From a candidate division FCPU426 bacterium (GTDB lineage Bacteria; Oederibacteriota; PGYV01; Palsa-1178), in NCBI GenBank assembly GCA_963840035.1, contig CAWIXE010000002.1, forward strand, positions 1,120,001 to 1,184,000: a stretch of DNA of 64,000 nucleotides, given 5' to 3'. Below are positions 1 through 9,277 of this stretch, piece after piece. The number at the start of each line of letters is the position of its first letter. The first letter of the stretch is position 1. A program made the position numbers and the translations under genes. Under the pieces are notes generated by a model. The model made no database searches. It was given only the letters and a program-made list of their open reading frames with translations, and was not told where the DNA came from.

Positions 1-1767
1 ATTTACGCCGTCACCCGTCATTGCCGTGACTTCGCCATTTGCCTTAAAAGCGTTGACAATCTTCAGTTTCTGCTCGGGCACGACTCTGGCAAATATATTT
101 GTTTCCTTTACCGCAGCTTTCAGTTCAGCGTCGCTCATCGTGTCGAGTTGCGGTCCGGTAATTATCAGGTGGCTTGACTTAAGCCCAATCTTCTCGGCGA
201 TCGCCTTCGCCGTCCCTGGATAATCGCCCGTAATCATGACAACCCTGATGCCGGCGTCGTAACACTCCGTGATTGACCCCTTGACTTCCGGACGCACAGG
301 GTCAGCCAGCCCGACGAGCCCAAGGAAATCAAATTTAAAATCATGCTGGTCATCCGGAAGGCTGTCGCAGCCGAACCCTGCCTTCGCGACGCCAAGCACC
401 CTTAACCCGTGCCCCGCCATTTCATTGACCTTTTTTATTAGTTCTTCCCTCTTTGCCGGCTCCAGATGGCACAGGTCCATAATCGCCTCGGGCGCGCCTT
501 TACAGCCCACGACGCAGCTGCCGTCCGAAGGTTTTTTCCATACATGCGAGAGCGCCAGCATTTTTTTTGACAGGGGGTATTCTTTTATGAATTCATGGGT
601 CTGATATATCCTTTTCGCGCCGGACGAAAAAATGTTTTCAAGTTTTTTAAAGGCTTTTTCCATAGGATCAAAAGGGTCCTTCTGGCATGAAAGAATCCCG
701 TATTCCGCTATTTCGTCAAGGCCTGCGTCCAGCTTCTTTCCCTCAGTCACCGGATAAAAGACGCCGTTTGAGTATATCTCCTCTATCGTCATCATGTTCA
801 TGGTAAGCGTCCCTGTCTTATCAACGCACAAAACCGTTGCCGAGCCAAGCGTCTCAATTACAGGCACGCGTCTTGTAAGCACTTTTTTCTTTGACATGCG
901 CCATGCGCCGAGCGCGAAAAATATGGTAAGCACGACCGGAAATTCTTCCGGCAGCAGGGCCATAGCCAGGGAAAGCCCTGCCAGAAAGCCTTTTATCCAG
1001 TCAGCGCGCGTTAATCCGTATATGACAAAAACGAGCAGGCATAACACAACGCCTATCACGGCTATTTTCTTTACCAGGTCCGATATTTCTTTCTGCAGGA
1101 GAGTGTTTTCCTGCTCCACTTTTTGAAGGGCTTTTCCTATTTTCCCGAGTTCAGTCAGGGACCCGGTAGTCTTAATTAACACCACACCCTGCCCCTGGAC
1201 AATCATTGTCCCCGAGAAAACCGACGAAAGGTCATCCCCTCCCGGTTTCTCAAGCCCGTCTTCCCTTTTTCCGGCTGATTTCCTCACCGGAACAGATTCC
1301 CCGGTTAAAAGGGATTCATCCGCGGAGAGGTTATTATTCCATATGATCACGCCGTCCGCCGGCACCCTGTCGCCTTCCGAGAGTATTACAAGGTCCTCAG
1401 GAACAACTTCCTTGCCGGCTATCCTTATCTGTGTTCCGTCCCTGATTACAAGCGCCCTCGGGCTTGACAGGTCGCGCAACGCTTCCAGCGCGTTCTCTGT
1501 TTTTCTTTCCTGATAAAATGTAATGCCCATTACAACAAACACAAACCCAAGCAGCATCATGGCTTCCTGTAGATCCCCAAGCAGAAGGTATAAAAGGCCG
1601 CATGACACCAGCAGGATAAACATTGGTTCCTTTATGACCTCAAAGGCTACGACAAATATGGAACGCTTTTTTGAAGACGGCAGTTCATTGGGTCCATATT
1701 TTGCCAGGTTAACTTCAACTTCGCTCTGAGTGAGGCCTTTTAGTTCCTTGGGGTTAATCTCTGCCAT
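1..1767 (-). CDS. Cation-transporting P-type ATPase (type IIA-like), 3' end outside window
   Basis: Not in ORF track (no stop in window). Manual translation from ATG 1767: MAEINPKELKGLTQSEV...YGPNEL; DKTGTLT phosphorylation motif at ~801-822; TAMTGDGVN at 1-27; open to window edge. Confidence 0.93.
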   Translation of the reverse strand, partial: MAEINPKELKGLTQSEVEVNLAKYGPNELPSSKKRSIFVVAFEVIKEPMFILLVSCGLLYLLLGDLQEAMMLLGFVFVVMGITFYQERKTENALEALRDLSSPRALVIRDGTQIRIAGKEVVPEDLVILSEGDRVPADGVIIWNNNLSADESLLTGESVPVRKSAGKREDGLEKPGGDDLSSVFSGTMIVQGQGVVLIKTTGSLTELGKIGKALQKVEQENTLLQKEISDLVKKIAVIGVVLCLLVFVIYGLTRADWIKGFLAGLSLAMALLPEEFPVVLTIFFALGAWRMSKKKVLTRRVPVIETLGSATVLCVDKTGTLTMNMMTIEEIYSNGVFYPVTEGKKLDAGLDEIAEYGILSCQKDPFDPMEKAFKKLENIFSSGAKRIYQTHEFIKEYPLSKKMLALSHVWKKPSDGSCVVGCKGAPEAIMDLCHLEPAKREELIKKVNEMAGHGLRVLGVAKAGFGCDSLPDDQHDFKFDFLGLVGLADPVRPEVKGSITECYDAGIRVVMITGDYPGTAKAIAEKIGLKSSHLIITGPQLDTMSDAELKAAVKETNIFARVVPEQKLKIVNAFKANGEVTAMTGDGVN

Positions 1768-1778
1768 GTTTGTCCTTT

Positions 1779-1865
1779 GTAGAGATGGGGTTCACCACAT
1801 CTCAAACCCGGATTTTCACTTAAACCGGTTTTTCGCCTTGAGACGGGGATAAACCCCGTCTCTAC
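1779..1865. repeat. Pair of inverted GTAG-type REP-like palindromes
   Basis: GTAGAGATGGGGTTCACCACATCTC (1779-1803) and GAGACGGGGATAAACCCCGTCTCTAC (1840-1865). Confidence 0.7.
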
Positions 1866-2902
1866 AATAATGATTTTAATTTTTCAAAAACCAATTCCGG
1901 CGTTATCTGTGACATGCAGTCGTCATTTTCGCAACTTATCTTATCACACGGCCTGCAATCGACAGCCGCTGCCATTACCAGATTATCTTTATCCGGGTTT
2001 GCCCAGCCTTTATCATTTGTCGGCCCGAATAATCCGATTGTTTTTAACCCGAGTGCCTGCGCCATGTGCCTTGGCCCGCCGTCATTTGCGACAAGCAAAT
2101 TTCCGCCCGAGATTATTACTATCAGTTCTCTGAGCCCCACTGCGGGTATTATATAAACGCCTTTAATGGCGGCCAGCGCGTCCAGGAGTTCCATCGGGTC
2201 TGACGGGCCCCACAGTATAAAAATCTTTGAATCCTTAACGCCTGCCGTTATCATTTTTGCCAGTTCCACCCAGTAACGGTCCGGCCATTTCTTTGTGGCC
2301 CATGTGCCTGAAACGCCGAACAAAATTATTTTGCCGTTTCGCGCGCCGGTATAATTATTATAAAAAGAACCAGCCCTTTCCTTCTCCACGCCGGACACTT
2401 TCAGGACAGGCCCGGTTTCAGCCGCATCAAATGGCACTTCCTCTTTTACGAGGGCGAGAAACCTCTCCGCCATATACCTGTCCGCGGCGTCATACTTAAC
2501 GCGCCTGTCATAAAACCTGTTATAAAGGGCCCTTTTCTTCTGGTTTATCCAAAAGCCTATCTTCCTGGCGGCTTTTATAAAAAAGGAAATATAAACCGAA
2601 TAATAGCTGCTTTCAAAATCAAAAAAATAATCATATTTTTCTTTTGAGAACATCCCGCGTAAAAAACCGGCTATAAAAAAAATCCCGAAATCGCGCGGAA
2701 GAAAATGTTTTGCCTGTTTAAGCTCTATGATTTTATCTATGTACGGATTATTATAGAGTACCGGGGCGGCCTTTGCCTCGGTCATATAGTGTATCTCAGC
2801 CCCCGGAAAAAGTTCCTTTGCTTTTTTTACGGCAGGGGTTGTCAGGAGCACATCCCCTATGGCGCCAAGCCTGAAAAAAAGTATTTTTTTAGTATCCGGC
2901 AT
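1862..2902 (-). CDS. Glycosyltransferase family 9 (LPS heptosyltransferase-like)
   Basis: RLGAIGDVLLTTP, TKKWP, ANDGGPRHMAQALG...LFGPT, CRPC motifs. Confidence 0.9.
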   Translation of the reverse strand: MPDTKKILFFRLGAIGDVLLTTPAVKKAKELFPGAEIHYMTEAKAAPVLYNNPYIDKIIELKQAKHFLPRDFGIFFIAGFLRGMFSKEKYDYFFDFESSYYSVYISFFIKAARKIGFWINQKKRALYNRFYDRRVKYDAADRYMAERFLALVKEEVPFDAAETGPVLKVSGVEKERAGSFYNNYTGARNGKIILFGVSGTWATKKWPDRYWVELAKMITAGVKDSKIFILWGPSDPMELLDALAAIKGVYIIPAVGLRELIVIISGGNLLVANDGGPRHMAQALGLKTIGLFGPTNDKGWANPDKDNLVMAAAVDCRPCDKISCENDDCMSQITPELVFEKLKSLL

Positions 2903-2903
2903 G

Positions 2904-3443
2904 TTACCGCCTTGACCGGCGTCCGCCGCTCTCTTTTGACGCGTTTAACATCTTCATCTTATATGAGCCGAGTATGTCGTTTATATGTTTTTCCTTGCCC
3001 GAATCCAGGAACAACGCGGAGCATTCCTCGCATATTTCCGCTGTCATCCTGCCGATTGTTTTAGTCACCATTTTTTTTGCGCAAAACGGGCATATAAGAA
3101 ACGGGGGTTTTTCCCTTTTTTCAAAATATGGCGGGGTTATGTGGCTGTCTTCCAGCGGCCCCGGGATTATCACCTTGGGGTCACCTGCCTGCATTTTCAT
3201 CAGGACTTCTTTTTTATATGCCGTGGATCCGCATTCGGCGCAGTGCAGCATGTCAAAAGCGCCTATCTTGCCCGGGTATATGGGCAGCTTGCACACAGGA
3301 CAATTAGTCAGCTTAATTCCAACCCCGGCCATGCCTGATGATTTGTCATATGAAGTAAGGACATGCTTGCAATTTTGGCAGAATTTTTCCTCACCCTGCA
3401 AAGGGTCGTCACAGCGCGGGCATTTGCTTAATCCGTGCGCCAT
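2904..3443 (-). CDS. Multi zinc-ribbon protein (zf-TFIIB-like C-terminal domain)
   Basis: Six CxxC pairs; start moved to ATG 3443, which overlaps the upstream stop (TAATG). Confidence 0.7.
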   Translation of the reverse strand: MAHGLSKCPRCDDPLQGEEKFCQNCKHVLTSYDKSSGMAGVGIKLTNCPVCKLPIYPGKIGAFDMLHCAECGSTAYKKEVLMKMQAGDPKVIIPGPLEDSHITPPYFEKREKPPFLICPFCAKKMVTKTIGRMTAEICEECSALFLDSGKEKHINDILGSYKMKMLNASKESGGRRSRR

Positions 3444-4291
3444 TATAAGCCGACCAGTTTTTCGCTTACTTCCCATAATTTTTTGGCTATTGCCATATCA
3501 CGCGCTTCATTTGACGGTGTTATCTGTTTCCGGGCTGAAAAATATTTTCCTGTTACCCCTTCAACTTCCGGTGATGACGCGAGATAGACAGTGGTCCTTG
3601 CGCCCTGTTTCGGTGTTTCCATCATGAAACCAAAAACTTTATAAATAAAATTATTTATTGCGCTGCCCTGATCCGCAAAATGCGTGTTTACCACGCCCGG
3701 ATGCAGGCTGTTAGAAGTAACACCCGTCCCTTTGATCCTGTTTGACAGTTCAAGCGAAAATAACACGTTCGCAAGTTTTGACTGGCTGTATGCCTTCATG
3801 TCGTTGTAACCCTTTTCAGACATAATGTCATCAAAATCAATATGGCCGAAGGTATGCGCCACCGAAGCCGTGTTTACAACCCTTGAAGGCGCGCTCTTTT
3901 TTAAAAGAGGCAGCAGCAGGTTAGTCAGTAAAAACGGAGCCAGGTGGTTTACCCCGAACGTCCATTCAAATCCATCCTCGGTCAGTTTGCGCGAACCAAA
4001 TATTTTTCCCGCGTTATTAATCAGCACATCAAGCTTCGTGCATTTCTCATTTACTTCCTTTGCCAGCGCGCGCACATTTTTCAAAGATGAAAAGTCGCAT
4101 AGTATGAGTTGCACATTGTCATTTGAGGTCTTAACCTTTACCATATCCAGGGCTTCCTGGCCTGTCTTCGGGTCCCTTGCCACCATTATAACCTTTGCCG
4201 ACATCCAAGCTAAAGCAAGCGCCGTTTCAAGCCCTATCCCTGAATTAGCCCCTGTTATCAGAACTGTTTTACCCTTCATTTCTTCAGACAT
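3443..4291 (-). CDS. SDR family oxidoreductase (retinol dehydrogenase-like)
   Basis: TGANSGIG, NNAG, YSQSK, LHPGVV. Confidence 0.92.
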   Translation of the reverse strand: MSEEMKGKTVLITGANSGIGLETALALAWMSAKVIMVARDPKTGQEALDMVKVKTSNDNVQLILCDFSSLKNVRALAKEVNEKCTKLDVLINNAGKIFGSRKLTEDGFEWTFGVNHLAPFLLTNLLLPLLKKSAPSRVVNTASVAHTFGHIDFDDIMSEKGYNDMKAYSQSKLANVLFSLELSNRIKGTGVTSNSLHPGVVNTHFADQGSAINNFIYKVFGFMMETPKQGARTTVYLASSPEVEGVTGKYFSARKQITPSNEARDMAIAKKLWEVSEKLVGL

Positions 4292-4316
4292 AAAATCCCT
4301 CCCTTAAAACAAGATC

Positions 4317-4340
4317 GAGACGCATTCAATGCGCCTCTAC
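4317..4340. repeat. GTAG-type REP-like palindrome
   Basis: GAGACGCATTCAATGCGCCTCTAC. Confidence 0.6.
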
Positions 4341-4344
4341 AAAA

Positions 4345-4920
4345 CTAAGCCCTGGTTTTTTTTATAAGCCATGCCATGTTCTTTCCGAGTGTCCTGAAAG
4401 TCTTTATGCCTTCCTCATCCTTTTGCACTTCCCCCGCTTCCCTGGCCAGGGCCATGTTCCAGTATGACGAAGTGGCTATGGGCATCTGAAGTATGCCAAA
4501 GAAAAAATTTATGGCCGCGTATGTAAAATTGGATCCGGCCCTGCGCACTGCCACCACCGGCGTGCCTATCTTGTTTTTTAACATGTCATCATTCGCGCGC
4601 GCCACCTGCCCGCATCTTTCGATTAACGCCTTTGTATTAGTAGTCATGGACCCGTAGTAAACCGGCGAGCCTATGATGATTCCGTCCGCGGCATCCATTT
4701 TTTCAATATATGAATTCATGTCATCGTCCTTAATAACGCATTTTTTATCCTTGTTCTCACGGCACTTGAAACATGCAATGCACCCGGAAAGCCTTTTTAA
4801 GCCTATATTAACAAGCTCAACCTCGATGCCCTCGATTGTAAGTTCCTCAAAAACGTAATGTATGGACTGCGCAGTATTCCCGTCTTTTCTGGGGCTGCCG
4901 TTAAACGCGACAACTTTCAT
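4345..4920 (-). CDS. Iron-sulfur flavoprotein / flavodoxin family protein
   Basis: NGSPRKDGNT, CxxCxxCx6C, GSPVYYG; ATG 4920 preceded by GGAGG. Confidence 0.9.
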   Translation of the reverse strand: MKVVAFNGSPRKDGNTAQSIHYVFEELTIEGIEVELVNIGLKRLSGCIACFKCRENKDKKCVIKDDDMNSYIEKMDAADGIIIGSPVYYGSMTTNTKALIERCGQVARANDDMLKNKIGTPVVAVRRAGSNFTYAAINFFFGILQMPIATSSYWNMALAREAGEVQKDEEGIKTFRTLGKNMAWLIKKTRA

Positions 4921-5221
4921 GGATTCCTCCGTGATGGATGCGGGATTTAATGATAGAATCATATAAATCCTCTTAATGCCACAGATTTGGCATAAAAACT
5001 GTATTTATATAGGTTATTTTATCATTTATCAGGGGATATGACAACCGAAAAGGTTTATAGTGCATCCATGCTGTGGCTTGAGCGATGCAGGCTGGGTATT
5101 CAAAAGCGCATAAACACGTGCAACATCTAACATTCAACCTTCACCCATATAGCGCCAACTCCTCTTTACCATCAGGGCTAATTATAGTATAATTACCTAT
5201 CATAATTTTGAAGGAGTTATC

Positions 5222-5578
5222 ATGGCATTAATTAACTGCATCAGGTGTGGCAAGGTGTTTTCGCCAGAAAAGATAACAAATGTCTGCCCTGACTGCGTAC
5301 AAAAAGAGAACGCCGACCTTAAAAAAGTGACCGACTACCTGCGCGACTACCCTATGGCTAATGTCATCGAGGTATCGGAGCGCACCGGTGTTGACGCCAT
5401 GCAGATTTTCAGGTTTGTAAAGGCCGGAAGCCTGCGCATAACCGCGCCGCCTGAGGCTTATAAATGCAGGATGTGCGGCAAGGACGTAAAAAAAGGCACT
5501 TTGTGCCAGGATTGTATGGATAAGGTAAAGGAACTAAAGGAATCAATCAAGAAAAAAGCTAAAAAGAATAAGAGGTAA
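5222..5578 (+). CDS. YvyF-like zinc-ribbon/HTH protein
   Basis: NCIRCGKVF...CPDC, V..YLRDYP.A...EVSE.TGV, CRMCG...GTLC.DC; GAAGGAG SD; TTTACC-17-TATAAT upstream. Confidence 0.75.
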   Translation: MALINCIRCGKVFSPEKITNVCPDCVQKENADLKKVTDYLRDYPMANVIEVSERTGVDAMQIFRFVKAGSLRITAPPEAYKCRMCGKDVKKGTLCQDCMDKVKELKESIKKKAKKNKR

Positions 5579-5986
5579 TTACTTTTTTTCTTTTACATAC
5601 CCCGCCATTTTTAGGTCGTTTTTCTCTATGTGAAGCAGGAACCAGCCTGTCAGGCGCTCGTTTATTTCCTTCGCGAAATCAGGGCCTGTCCTGCCGGAAG
5701 CCGCTATCTTATCAATGACTTTCAGCTCATCATAAAAATATTCATGCAGCTTATAATGCCCCGCTTTTGCCGGATACTCGCTGTCTTTCATCAAGCCGCC
5801 CTCGGTCTTAAAATGCGCAATCGCCTTCTTTTCAAGTGCCGCGACAGCTTTTTTTACTGCAGGGTAAGCGTCGGAATTCCCGACCGCGTCAGCCAGCGCC
5901 GTGCATGCCGCGATGAATTCCTTATGCTGTTTGTCTATGACGGAAATCCCGGTTAAAAGCTTTTTAGTAAGTTCATATTTTGCCAT
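5579..5986 (-). CDS. Bacteriohemerythrin
   Basis: TG...ID.QH, HF..E, YP....H...H, W...HI...D. Confidence 0.85.
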   Translation of the reverse strand: MAKYELTKKLLTGISVIDKQHKEFIAACTALADAVGNSDAYPAVKKAVAALEKKAIAHFKTEGGLMKDSEYPAKAGHYKLHEYFYDELKVIDKIAASGRTGPDFAKEINERLTGWFLLHIEKNDLKMAGYVKEKK

Positions 5987-6061
5987 GTTAAAACCTCCGT
6001 GTTTTTTTATATAATACCACTAACGGCAGTGGATTTCAACCCGTTATAATTCGCTTTAAAT

Positions 6062-7015
6062 TTATAACACGCCCCGTCTTTTCATCCCGGCCACCGAATC
6101 TTTATAACCGGCCAGGGTTGAAAATTTAAAGCGGTACCCATACCTTTTCACGAGCTTTGACGGATCCGCGATAATGCCATACGCGTTAAGGTCCATGGCA
6201 GCAGGCATAAAACCTGAAAGCCTTAAGCGCCACATGATGCCAATAATAGCTTTTACAAGCCATAACGGCAGATTAAGGAATGTTTTAGCAGGCTCAAGTT
6301 CCCTAATCGGGCAATAATCATCAGGAACAAGGTTATAAGTGCCTTGTATATCCTTATCTCTTATTATCTTATGAATTAACAATGCAAGATCATGCTGATG
6401 TATTAGCTGCATGTTAAGAAAACTTCCCCCGAATTTGATAAGGAACGGCGATTTAACCATCAGCTCGACAAGCCCGCCTTTCTTGTATTCATCAGGCCCG
6501 ATTGCCGTGCACATCCTGACAATCACAAACTTAAGGCCCTTTCTGCTTTTAAAGCTGTTTATGTATTCTTCAACCTCCTTCTTATTGACGCCATACCTGT
6601 ATCCTCCCGGCGCAAGCGGCTGTGTCTCCTTTATCCATGGCCGGTTATCCGGCCTGCCGCCGTAAGCGCTCGTGGAGCTGAATTCAATGAATTGCCTGAC
6701 AGACATTGTTTTATTTGCGGCGTTAATTACGTTAATGGAGCCGTTAACATCCACATTGAATTCCCTGCGCTCATCGTGCAGTGATTTCATGAGGTACGCG
6801 AGGTGTATGACGTGGGTGGGTTTTTCAGCGCTGAAGATCTTTAAAACAGCCGCAGCATCAGTTACGCTGGCTTTTATAAACTTAAAGTATTTTCCGGGTA
6901 TGAGCAGGTTGTTTTCCGCGGTATCAACCCCGATGACGGGTATGCGCTTTGTGATGAAATATTTTACAAGGAAGAAACCGACGTTGCCGGAAGAGCCGGT
7001 GATAAGGATACGCAT
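6062..7015 (-). CDS. NAD-dependent epimerase/dehydratase family protein
   Basis: ITGSSGNVG, HLA, SSTSAYG, YGVNK; ATG 7015 after GGGGTG. Confidence 0.88.
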   Translation of the reverse strand: MRILITGSSGNVGFFLVKYFITKRIPVIGVDTAENNLLIPGKYFKFIKASVTDAAAVLKIFSAEKPTHVIHLAYLMKSLHDERREFNVDVNGSINVINAANKTMSVRQFIEFSSTSAYGGRPDNRPWIKETQPLAPGGYRYGVNKKEVEEYINSFKSRKGLKFVIVRMCTAIGPDEYKKGGLVELMVKSPFLIKFGGSFLNMQLIHQHDLALLIHKIIRDKDIQGTYNLVPDDYCPIRELEPAKTFLNLPLWLVKAIIGIMWRLRLSGFMPAAMDLNAYGIIADPSKLVKRYGYRFKFSTLAGYKDSVAGMKRRGVL

Positions 7016-7073
7016 GAACACCCCATTTTTTAATATTTTAATATAGGACATTCGTCAAATAGCTATTTGCAGT

Positions 7074-7433
7074 TCAGTCCCTCTTATCAATTCCGCTTAT
7101 TAGTTTTGACAACATCATGGCAACACTGTTAATCCTTTGTTTAAGGACGTCGTTCTGCTCTTTTGAGATCAATCCTTTCCGCTTACACAATTCCAGTATA
7201 GGTACGCATTCATGCGCAGATCCACGGGCAATATAAAAAAATTGTTTTCTGTCATTTTTATGCCAGCGGCCGTTACCTTCAGCAATATTTGCCGATATGG
7301 ATAATACAGCGCGGTTAGCCTGGTCTTTGATGTAGTAGGTGCCTTTTTCAAAAGAATCTGTGAGGTTTGAAATATCTTCGGCAAGGTCGAGCGATTTTTG
7401 GTAGACTTCAAGATTTTCGAACATAAACGACAT
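7074..7433 (-). CDS. Four helix bundle protein (23S rRNA IVP / bAvd-like family)
   Basis: FENLEVYQKS, DQ..RA..SI.ANIAEG.GR, F..IARGS..E family signature. Confidence 0.92.
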   Translation of the reverse strand: MSFMFENLEVYQKSLDLAEDISNLTDSFEKGTYYIKDQANRAVLSISANIAEGNGRWHKNDRKQFFYIARGSAHECVPILELCKRKGLISKEQNDVLKQRINSVAMMLSKLISGIDKRD

Positions 7434-7464
7434 AGTATCCCCCCTATGTTTTTTTAATTTTTAC

Positions 7465-7775
7465 CGGATGTTCGGCTGCTCCGATTTTTGGCGGAGCCTT
7501 TCCTTTTTTACAAATCCAGAACAAGAACAAAACAACATTCGATAGCCGAACAGCCGAGGAGTCGACCGCAGCCGAACTTTGGTGTTGTCGACTGCTCGGC
7601 TTTCGGATGTTCGGCTGCTCCGATTTTCGGCGGAGCCTTTCCTTTTTACAAATCCAGAACAAGAACAAAACAACATTCGATAGCCGAACAGCCGAGGAGT
7701 CGACCGCAGCCGAACTTTGGTGTTGTCGACTGCTCGGCTTTCGGATGTTCGGCTGCTCCGATTTTTGGCGGAGCC
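7465..7775. repeat. Tandem repeat of ~138-139 bp x ~2.25, each unit with inverted 8-mer-periodic arms
   Basis: CGGATGTTCGGCTGCTCCGATTTT starts at 7465, 7604 and 7742; units nearly identical. Confidence 0.95.
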
Positions 7776-7783
7776 AAAAATCA

Positions 7784-7857
7784 TGGCTGCCCGGGGTGGA
7801 TTCGAACCACCATAGGGAGCTTCAAAGGCTCCAGTCTTGCCATTGGACGACCGGGCA
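7784..7857 (-). tRNA. tRNA-Gln(TTG)
   Basis: TGCCCGG acceptor stem, anticodon arm GGAGC-CTTTGAA-GCTCC, GGTTCGAATCC T-arm, encoded CCA; 74 nt. Confidence 0.96.
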
Positions 7858-8115
7858 ACTAAAAACAAATTTACTATTTTCAATTTTCTATTTTAAATTA
7901 AGATACTGTTCAAATCGACAACATTATACAACAAACAGCAATACAATAAAATATTTAATTTTACATTTTGGTTTCAGGATTTGCATTGCGGAACAGGCTG
8001 GTTTGCACACGTTTTAAACAAATATCCATACACATATTCCCTGTTAGCACAGGAGACTCTAAACGGAGTACCTATATCCCTGCCGGCTTTTTTACGGCCG
8101 GCTGGAATATGGTTA

Positions 8116-8406
8116 TTAGTTTGCCCTGGTATCGCTTGCCTGCAGGGTTTCGTGGAATTTATCAAGGACCTTGACTTCTATCGACTTCCTCATTTCGTTG
8201 TTCAGAGGATGAGCGATATCCTTGAACGTTCCGTCAGACAATTTCCTGCTTGGCATAACAACAAAAAGCCCGTTCTTACCGTCTATCACTTTTAAGCCCC
8301 TTACTACAAACGAGCCGTCAAAAGTGATACTGGCATACGCTTTCAGCTTCTGGTCCTCTGAATCGCTTGTGCCCCTTGGAAAAACTTTTACCTCTGTGAT
8401 TTCCAT
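8116..8406 (-). CDS. spoVG: Septation regulator SpoVG
   Basis: MEITEVKV, LKAYASITFD, GLFVVMPSRK, FKDIAHP; GGAGG SD. Confidence 0.95.
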   Translation of the reverse strand: MEITEVKVFPRGTSDSEDQKLKAYASITFDGSFVVRGLKVIDGKNGLFVVMPSRKLSDGTFKDIAHPLNNEMRKSIEVKVLDKFHETLQASDTRAN

Positions 8407-8428
8407 GTACCGACGCCTCCTTGGATAA

Positions 8429-9277
8429 TTAAATCGAGCGCGCAAGGCATATAAAACTGCCTTTCCACTCCCGGCTTACCTTCTTAAGACACTTTAAAGC
8501 CCCCATTCTGTCCTTAAAGAGAGCAAATACAGCGCTCCCACTCCCGCTCAGAGATGAATCAAGACAGCCGTGCCTCAAGAAACTTTCCTTAATTCTTAAC
8601 AAAATCGGAAATTTACCATAAACTACAGGCTCAAAATTATTATACAAGAACCCGCAGTCATCTTTCTTATTCCTGCTGTTAATTATAGTATATGATTTGT
8701 CATTTGTCAAATTTGTTTGCGCGTCAAACCATTTATAAGCGTCTTTTGTGGCTATTTTTATCGCTTTATGGACTATAATAACGAACCAGAACGGCTTTTT
8801 TACCTTTAAAACCCTTATTTTCTCGCCTTTTCCTGAAACAAACGCCCTCTTTTGATATATGAAAAACGGCACGTCAGACCCTATTTTTCGGGCTGTTTTT
8901 GCCATTTCAGCAGAGCTTAACCTCAGCTTAAAAATCCTGTTTATGGCAAGTATAACTGTTGCCGCATCCGAACTCCCGCCGCCCAACCCTGCTCCGTTGG
9001 GTATGTATTTATAAAGCGTGACTTTTACACCCTTACTGATACCGTACTTTTTCATCATCAACATGGCTGCTTTGTATACTATGTTCTTTTCCTGAGGCAG
9101 TTTCAATGTGTTAAATTTATCCACTACCTCGACGCCTGCCCGGGTAATCTCAATATCAAGCTCGTCAAAGAGGGATACAGGCTCAAAGACAGACTCAAGA
9201 AAATGATAGCCGTCTTTTTTATCTTTTTTCCCGATGTTCAATACCAGGTTTAATTTCGCCGGCGCGAAAAACCTCAT
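8429..9277 (-). CDS. ispE: 4-diphosphocytidyl-2-C-methyl-D-erythritol kinase
   Basis: APAKLNL, IP.GAGLGGGSSDAA, GSDVPFF, SGSGS. Confidence 0.95.
   Translation of the reverse strand: MRFFAPAKLNLVLNIGKKDKKDGYHFLESVFEPVSLFDELDIEITRAGVEVVDKFNTLKLPQEKNIVYKAAMLMMKKYGISKGVKVTLYKYIPNGAGLGGGSSDAATVILAINRIFKLRLSSAEMAKTARKIGSDVPFFIYQKRAFVSGKGEKIRVLKVKKPFWFVIIVHKAIKIATKDAYKWFDAQTNLTNDKSYTIINSRNKKDDCGFLYNNFEPVVYGKFPILLRIKESFLRHGCLDSSLSGSGSAVFALFKDRMGALKCLKKVSREWKGSFICLARSI

Noticed and set aside
26..1729. Plus-strand short ORFs here and similar antisense ORFs throughout
   Set aside because: Antisense shadows of well-supported genes such as the P-type ATPase
7074..7433. Diversity-generating retroelement
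   Set aside because: bAvd-like gene present, but no reverse transcriptase or adenine-specific TR/VR pair in the window
7465..7775. CRISPR array
   Set aside because: Whole 138-139 bp units are duplicated, with no unique spacers and no cas genes
7444..8017. ORFs 7444-7668, 7461-7883, 7488-7862, 7607-8017
   Set aside because: They translate the tandem repeat and tRNA; no SD or family motifs
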